NCBI GenBank assembly: GCA_907165135.1
Contig: OU015569.1
Span: 12,462,001 to 12,526,000, forward strand
Source: Oikopleura dioica
Lineage: Eukaryota > Animalia > Chordata
Direction of reading: 5' to 3'
Length of the DNA: 64,000 bases
The number at the start of each line of letters is the position of its first letter. Position 1 is the stretch's first letter. The notes below the pieces were generated by a model. The model was not told the DNA's origin. It worked only from the letters and a program-made list of their open reading frames with translations, and did not search any database. The translations under genes and the position numbers were made by a program. Below are positions 56,821-64,000 of the stretch, one piece after another.

Positions 56821-57806
56821 TTAGTAGAGAAAGGCTGAGGAGATTGATTCGTATGATTTGACGTATTTCTTCCTTCCAAGAATCATGTTTTACCTGTCAG
56901 GAAGAAGAGCAAAATGAGGCATGTGAATATATTTGAAGATTGAAGAATGAAATTTTTGTCGATTGACAATTCTAGCGTCGCAATCAAATAGGCTGCGATG
57001 GCGATGAGAATGAGGTTGATGACTATTGAGAAGACGAAAAAGGCTTCCTTGAGGCTTCCACTGATTTTCGTCTTCAAAAAGCTAGAGGCGATAGTGACGA
57101 GCTTGATACAAAATAAAAGGCCGGGGAAATAGGAAACTCTTCGATATGCTAGAAACAGAAACGACGCCCCGACTAAGCAGAGGAAGAGTGCTTTGCCGAT
57201 GATGACCAGTTGTGTTGGCGACTTAAGGGGGTAGGCGTTGATAATAGGGTTGTCTTGGAGACTTTTTTCTTCCTAAATTAACTCAGGGACACCATTATTT
57301 TGCTTACAAAAATTTACTGTGGACCTTTCTTATAGACTCTAATATAGGGATTTTATCAATTCTGGACGAATTCTAGAGCAGAAATCTTCTTCAAAAGAGC
57401 AGATTTTATCCAATAAAGGAACTATTTTATTATTTTTTGCTTTTAAATATTTCAAATTTCGGAAGTTTGATTGAAAAAATAAGGGTATCACTTCGTTAAT
57501 TCTCGGAGAAAATTGTCCTCGAAGATTAGCATTATCGACGCTTACCCCCTTTAGGATGATATTACGGGGCATTGCTGTGCACTTGTCTTGAACGCTGGAA
57601 ATGGCTCTCATGATTCTTCCAATTGGAGTTGGTTCCGTCGGATAATCGAATGACTGTGACTCCCAGGGCGTTGGAACGCCAGGAAGGGCTGTTCCGTTTT
57701 GCTGGAGAACAAGATCGTACGGCGAGGTCGACGGATTTTCGATGAAAATCGAGTCATCTCCGTTCTCCTCTTCTTCTTGGAGAGTATTTTGAGTTTCCTC
57801 GCTCAT
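56821..57806 (-). CDS. Hypothetical membrane protein with about 4 TM segments and an acidic N-tail (3 exons)
   Basis: MSEETQNTLQEEEE..NIILKG|SPTQLVIIGKALFLCLVGASFLFLAY..FFVFSIVINLILIAIAAYLIA..LILLFFLT|AFLY* with GT-AG introns. Confidence 0.6.
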
Positions 57807-58269
57807 GATACTTTGAAGAATTTGCTGAGCGGAGTAGCAACTTGCATCAAAGTAGCGCGCAGTTCTCTATTCTGTTCTTTTTCTTCAAATTTAATTCAAA
57901 TTCTAGCCGAGAAATTATCATATGATGTGATGCGGATCGAAGCACTGGGACCTCCCTCGTGATCTATTGATTTCTGACAGCTTCGTTTTAGATAAAGCAA
58001 GCAACTACCATCTTGGACTCAAAGTCACGTAGATACACATTCTACTACGAAGGCTGGCAGCTTCCCGAATCTTCTGAAAATACAGTAGCTGGCCAGATAG
58101 TTTCGTAAAGTTTTGTTTCCTTAATCTGTTCTCGATCCTTTTGTGCTCATAAATACTCATCTGGTGCGTCGATGTTCATTTCAAAATCGTTCACTTGAGA
58201 GATAAGTGGTGAGATAAATCTTCGACTTTACATATTTCTCACAAAATAAATCTTCAGGGAGCGTCAAAA

Positions 58270-58905
58270 ATGAAGCTGTTTGATATTCTTCTTTCTGCTA
58301 CTGCTACTGTCGGAGTACAGGCGATGGATCAGCCTGCTGGGGGTGAAACTAGTGTCATCATGATCAATATGAATACAGCCAATATTCAGGTAATACCGGG
58401 AATTAGGGACTGGGAACTCTAAAGGGGGGACCGGGGGCCAAGCCCACTGGTTTAGGCCTTAGGTGGGTGGGGGTCCCGGGGCCGTTGCCCTCTGGGTTAG
58501 GTTTAGGGTTAGGGGCTGCTCGAATGATAACCCCCTACTACCGGTAATACAGTACAAAGGGCACGAAAGCAATTTTATTAGCGCCAAGAATTATTTTTTT
58601 GGTAGAAAAAAAGAGTCCTATTTTGGTTACTTTTGGTCCTAATTTCCGACTTTCAGATGAACATGGGCGACTTTTCCGGCTCCAGTGTGCCTGGACAAGA
58701 AGGCGAATCCACCCAAGTGAGCTGGATCGAAGGCCTGAGTAACGCGGACCGAGATACTCTTACTGAACTTCTGGCCAACGAGGAAGTCAACGCTGGGATG
58801 AAACTGCTCGTTGAGAAGCTGCCGGGTTTTTCGAGCTTCTACGACGCCCTCTATCCGGAAGAAACTGCTACTGAAGCGACTGGCACTGGAGGAATGGGCA
58901 AATGA
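58270..58905 (+). CDS. Small secreted hypothetical protein (2 exons)
   Basis: Signal-like MKLFDILLSATATVGVQA; intron 58391-58657 (phase 0); second exon MNMGDFSG..GGMGK*. Confidence 0.6.
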
Positions 58906-59356
58906 AGACTTCGATGTGGGTTATTATGTCAATCTTCGAATAAACTCTTTGAAGAGAAAAGACTGTTGTCAAATTTCTTATCATAAAAATTTGCTGAAAT
59001 TGATAATTTTTTATTTTATTTTTTCTTTTTCCCTTCTTGATGTGGCTCTTTCTTACTTGAATAAAGCCGATTTCAGCAGTTACATCTTTTTCTAAGAAGA
59101 AAAGCACTTGAAAAATTGTAAAACTCGTCAAAAAAGAAGATTAAAAACAGAGTGCTTGTTACGAGTTGAACCGTCTCTGGAACGTGCCCCACTCGAATTG
59201 ACAAGCTTCTACTTTCGGGGCGGGCATACTTCGAATTCATTATACAACTGCGCCAGGACGGATTTGGGGGGAAGAAACGATAACTTTGCTAAAAAGTTCA
59301 TTTGCCAAAAAATTAATTTTGAGAATTAAGTGTTTTGAAATTAAGTGAACTTTCAT

Positions 59357-59530
59357 CTAGGCTCGGCAACCTGTGTAGAAAACCTGAGTCAGGGTCCAAA
59401 AATAAAAAATGAAAAGCCGCTTCGCAAAAATTTAAAAATAGATTAGATACAGTAAAATATGCGAGGCGGCTTTTTATTAAAGATTTTTTAGACCCTGACT
59501 CAGGTTTTCTACGCAGGTTGCCGTGCCGAG
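59357..59530. mobile_element. MITE family A copy
   Basis: ctaggctcggcaacctgtgtagaaaacctgagtcagggtc ... gaccctgactcaggttttctacgcaggttgccgtgccgag; flanks actttcat / atattcat. Confidence 0.8.
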
Positions 59531-60128
59531 ATATTCATGCGACATGAACTTTTTTTTGCCCGAATAGTAAGGTCCGGTGTGTTATGTTAGTAGTGCCAAC
59601 TTCAAGGTCAATTTCTGTGGCTTTTTCTTTTCGATAGGTACAAATGGTAAATACATTTTTGTTGATTTTGATCTGAGCTATTCAAAAAATGATTAAAGAA
59701 TTTAAAAAAGGGCATTCTTCATCACTACAGGGGTCGGCAATTTTTGTGACATTTTTTACATAGTTCAGTTTTGAGGATTATATGCGACTTTAAAGAATTT
59801 GAAATATTTAGTTTCTTAAAAAATTAAGAACTAATTTCTTCGGCGGGGAAAATAATGTATTTTGACTATAAGCGCGCGAATTAAAAAAACCCTTAAATGT
59901 TATGAGATAAAACAGATGCACATCCTTGCTTGCGAATTGGGATCACGTGGCTTAAAATGTGTGTATACTGAAAACATAGGGAGATAAAAGCTTATTTTGG
60001 AGTAGATATCAGAAAAGAAGATGCTGCTTTTCGATTTCATTTGCAATAGCGATATCCTAATTTTTCTCTTTCATAAGACGTCTACTAGACAGTCTAAGTC
60101 AAAAAGACGAGATTGGTCTAAAAATACG

Positions 60129-60305
60129 CCAAAATTTTGGGATGGTGTCTGGAACCGACAAAAAATTTCGACAAATTTTGCGCGGAAATTTTCAACCAAT
60201 CAGAAGCCTGGATTCAGCTCACCGGCCAATCAGCAGCCGAGTAGCCGCCCACGCAAAATTTGTCGAAATTTTTTGTCGGCTCCAGACACCATCCCAAAAT
60301 TTTGG
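60129..60305. mobile_element. MITE family C (two CCAAT boxes), second copy
   Basis: ccaaaattttgggatggtgtctggaaccgacaaaaaatttcgacaaattttg ... caaaatttgtcgaaattttttgtcggctccagacaccatcccaaaattttgg. Confidence 0.82.
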
Positions 60306-60413
60306 GAAAATTGTCACAGTCTAGTCACTAGACTAAGAAAAACTTAAAAATCTGAAAATAACTAATTATTGTTTAGCCAAAATCATCGCATAAATTCTTA
60401 TTTTTTCGATTTA

Positions 60414-61261
60414 CAGTCGACTCTGGCAATTACGAGTAGCAGAATTACGAGTATTTTGACAAAAACCCGCCAATTTTGAAAACAAGGGATCATCGACCGA
60501 AAATAATTTTTTTCGAAAAAATTGAGAATGCTTGATTTTAATCATTAACCCGCTAACAGGGTGGTCGATTTTGCCTACGCTTTTGCCTGTCTGTGATTGA
60601 GTGAAAACATGGATCCGGGCATGCGATTGGCAACTCATTTCCACGCGTGGCCGTGAGACGGCCACGCGCCTGTTACCGGGTTAAATCTTTGGCTTAAGAG
60701 TCTCCGGCTCTTCAGATGGTTTTAAAGCAGCTTTAACAGATTGAAAATTTGCATTATTTTTTTTATGAAAGTCTCTGAATATTATTTTAATTTTTCGTTG
60801 ACAAAAAACTTTCCAAAGGGGTACGGTGGTAGCTTAGAGCCTTAGCTCTCTCCTGAAAAAAATTAAGGGTTTCCCTCAGCTTAAATCCCTGAAAAAGCTT
60901 GATCCTATCAACCTGATCTTTAACGGCCTGTAAGCTTGATTCTATCAACCTGATCTTTAACGGCATATATTTCATTGAGGAGGTAGAACTAGATTTTTTG
61001 AACAACCGTGATTTTCGGGATCATCATAAGGGAAGCGGTTGTATTCGAGTGTTAAATTCGAGTTCCAATTAAATTAAGGGTGTAAATAAGATAGCTTCGG
61101 AGAAATACTAACTTCAAGGAGGCCCATTTTCGCAATTCTTGATGGAGGGTCTTTAAAAATGAAATCGAGAGAAAATCGAGCCAAATTTTCCAACTCGGAG
61201 AATTACGAGTATTTCACGAAATTCCCGACAAAAAAAGGCTCGTAATTGCCAGAGTCGACTG
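60414..61261. mobile_element. 848-bp non-autonomous Tc1/mariner-pogo-type element with TA target duplication
   Basis: ta|cagtcgactctggcaattacgag ... ctcgtaattgccagagtcgactg|ta: perfect 23-bp TIR; subterminal aattacgagtattt repeats; no transposase ORF. Confidence 0.85.
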
Positions 61262-61632
61262 TAACTCATCGTTTAGTCTTAACTAGACTAAGACTACTGT
61301 CAGTAGCCTCATTAAGCCAGTTAAGGCTTAGATTAAGAACCTTACAGGGCTTGGAAAACCTCACGATAGCGAGAAGTTCAAATTTGAACCTTCTTATCCC
61401 GAATTCTTGCCGCTGCCTTACCCGCGTGGTGGACATAGGCACGTGGGATGAGAACCTTGCGCCAGATGCAAAACACGGGCGCCGCCCCGTACTCAGCGCC
61501 GCCGCCAGGTCAATAAGTCGAAAGCAGCTTGGGGCCTTCTACCTCCCCTATATAAGCGACGCCCGCCCCACTTTTCACTCTTATCACTTTCTTTCCAAGC
61601 TAAGAAACAACTTAGCTCTGGTTTGAAAGAAA

Positions 61633-62064
61633 ATGAGAGAGCAGTTTTTGACGAGTTTTTTGGCTCTTCACGGGGCGAAATTCGCCCGCGCGGATTTCCA
61701 ATTCATTGAATTTTGGGAAGCGGCCGATGAGTACGCTTCCGAGCTCTTTTCAGCGCTAGGAGCAGCGAGCAAGAAGCACGCTTCCGCCTTCGAAAACAGA
61801 TATGAGCGAGCGAAACGAGCCGTCGAATTCTACCAGGACAGCGGCCCATGCGACTCGGGATTCACCAATCCAAGCTACGAGCCCGTCGAGATGAGGAGCT
61901 TCGACACTAGAGCCTCTCTAGCCACGAATTTGAACCAATTCGCGGATATGCTCGATGACTGGATCGACTCATACGCTTGCCTCGCTTCCCACAATCGTGT
62001 TGAGGGTAAGAAAATTCGAGTTCCTGAACGATCTGTCAAGGAAAGGTTCAAGCTGAGAAAATAA
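61633..62064 (+). CDS. Hypothetical protein, 143 aa (possibly secreted; possible 3' intron)
   Basis: ORF with host-like codon usage; TATA box ctatataag at about 61549 and GC boxes upstream. Confidence 0.6.
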   Translation: MREQFLTSFLALHGAKFARADFQFIEFWEAADEYASELFSALGAASKKHASAFENRYERAKRAVEFYQDSGPCDSGFTNPSYEPVEMRSFDTRASLATNLNQFADMLDDWIDSYACLASHNRVEGKKIRVPERSVKERFKLRK

Positions 62065-62140
62065 AACCAGATAAGAAAGGATAGAAATATTGAGGAAGGT
62101 TGCAGTTAGAATTGGTACAGGACGAATTCTTCTATAATAT

Positions 62141-62287
62141 AGCTAGAATTGGTATGGTATCAAGCCTTTTTCTTGGTTAAGAATAAGGGTTAGGGGACTG
62201 GGAGTACCTATTGGAGGGTCACGGGGGGGCTGGGTTAGGCTTTAGGCCCTAAAGTTTAGGGTTAGGGATATCATACCAATTCCAGCT
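62141..62287. mobile_element. Small TIR element with an internal TTAGGG/G-rich tract
   Basis: agctagaattggtatggtatc ... gatatcataccaattccagct inverted repeat; a related G-rich interior occurs at 58404-58515. Confidence 0.6.
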
Positions 62288-62687
62288 TAATTATAGAATA
62301 ATTGGTCCTTATTTTCAACAATGTTATACGTAAATTGACAAATATATTTAATATCATACCATGGACCATGGTAGTAGATCATAAAAAAGGATGAATAATT
62401 GATAACGCTTAGCAGGGGTCCGGGGAAAGCCTATTGCTTTGGCTTTAGGTCCGAAAAATCTACGAAATAGACCTTTTTTAGCTATAAATTATATATTAGA
62501 TCATATAATGATGCTAAAGAAAATTTACGAAACAAAAAGTTGTTGATATAAGAAACTTGGCTACGTAATAACTTTTCATATATTTCTCTTAATTCTTATG
62601 TTTACTTTCAAAACGGATTAGACCAAACGCAATTCTTTGTCGTACCGATTAATTACAATTTGTATCACAATTTGAATCTTGAAAAAG

Positions 62688-64000
62688 GACATTCGAAAAC
62701 TCGCCAAAAACAAAGCCTACCAGGATCAAGAATTCGCCTACCACATCTCCCCAACTACGATGGACTACGATGAGGCTTTGGCGTATTGCTACCTTCGTGG
62801 GAGCTGGCTCGCCCAACCTGACGGCGACAAGAACCGTTTTGGAGCGATGAGTGCTGCTCTTCACGAAAACCGATTCTACTGGTATCAAGGAGATGAATCC
62901 TGCACTGCCACGTACGGAGGCTATCGATATAGCTACCGTCGAAACTGTCAAGAACAGTATCCTGCTGTTTGCGAGACAGGACAGTATACCGACAAGTGCT
63001 ACCCAGCTTCAGGATCAGCTGGATTTGGACGGTGCACGGCCTGGGGTGATCCTCACTACACCACCTTTGACGGGGAATACCATCACTTTCAGGGAAGCTG
63101 TGAATACACGATGGTCGAAGTCGACAGCGTTCAATACCCAAACATGCCTTGGTTCAAAATCGTCGCCGATCTCGACTACTTCAGAACGGGCGTGTACACG
63201 CATACTCGCGGATTCACTTTCGAGTTCCCTGGCCAAGGCCAATCTCCCGATGAAATCCCACGATACGTCGTTTCCGCGGATGGTTGGCGCTGGCAAATGC
63301 GCAGTGCTGTCCTCGAAGATCGTCAGCTTGGAGTTTCCTACACGAGATCGTTCTACGGAAATCCAGATTTTTACTTTTACGTCGGCTGGGATAGTGTCTA
63401 TATTAGAACCTATTTTGACGTTAGGGCGTACTACAACGCTCGAAATGATGCAAAATTCGACATCTGGGTTCCTGATTGCTACAAAGACAACGTCAAGGGT
63501 CTCTGCGGCAATTTCAACGGACAGAAGTACGATGAGTTCAGCCAAACTAGTTTGACTCATCAAATGCACAACTGGAGAGATGTGCAGCAGGACCTTTGGA
63601 TTGGGCGACGAGTTTCGAAGTTCCCGACGAACGATGTCGCCAAATTCACGACTTCGAATGCGACGTTCATGTTTCCGACGCAATCAATTCCTGCCAGCCC
63701 ATCGACCCAGAGAATTCGGAAGGCCTCTTCAACGAGCACTGTTCCGTCGATCAGGCACCATTCAACACAGCTTGCGTTTTGGAAGTTTGCGACGGAACTG
63801 ATCGATGCAGCGCACTCCAATCCTACGCGAAAGCATGTCTCAACGATCTGGCACCAGAAGATCGCGCACCTGTCTGTGATTGGGCCGCTGAGTTCGGTTG
63901 CGAGCCAGAATGCGGCGCCAATTCCGAATTCGATGGCTGCGCGGATTCTTGTGCCGCCACTAGAACCTGCGAAAATCGTCATTTGGACGATTTCGAGCGA
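62688..64000 (+). CDS. C-type-lectin-like + VWD + C8 + TIL extracellular (mucin/zonadhesin/FCGBP-like) protein, running off the window end
   Basis: Frame open 62688-64000: YDEALAYC..YW..C..YPAVCE; CTAWGDPHYTTFDG..FQGSCEY..KGLCGNFNG; CQPID..CVLEVC..CSALQSYAKAC; PECGANSEFDGCADSC. Confidence 0.88.

Noticed and set aside
58496-58515. Chromosome end or telomere
   Set aside because: Only 2-3 imperfect TTAGGG units inside an intron.
62851-63683. 234-aa plus and 222-aa minus ORFs in the track
   Set aside because: Off-frame or antisense to the real VWD frame, which the track misses because it has no stop before the window end.

Overview
Eukaryotic, gene-dense DNA with very short introns (many about 45-55 nt), AG acceptors placed right before start codons and at least one GA-AG intron. 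This pattern is most consistent with a larvacean tunicate such as Oikopleura (inference). The left third is a compact housekeeping cluster: a mu-homology-domain adaptor 3' end, TFCP2/LSF, gamma-SNAP, MORN3, a chromodomain protein, nicastrin, AP2M1 and a short collagen. The middle is repeat-rich, with several distinct MITE/non-autonomous DNA-transposon families, followed by a Crypton-derived DUF3504 gene. Two items stand out. (1) An intact 6-exon gene (42444-44933) encodes a divergent protein kinase fused to a papain-like Cys-His-Asn protease and a C-terminal UBA-like domain, and it sits between 1.3-kb direct repeats. (2) A complete, apparently very young Ty3/gypsy LTR retrotransposon (47570-54990) lies antisense in a host intron. 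Its gag and pol are in one frame, separated only by UGA-CUAG (a readthrough context); Gag ends in a CCCH rather than CCHC finger; and it carries extra non-env ORFs. The window ends inside a C-type-lectin-like/VWD/C8/TIL protein. All homology calls are by-eye motif recognition; no database searches were run.
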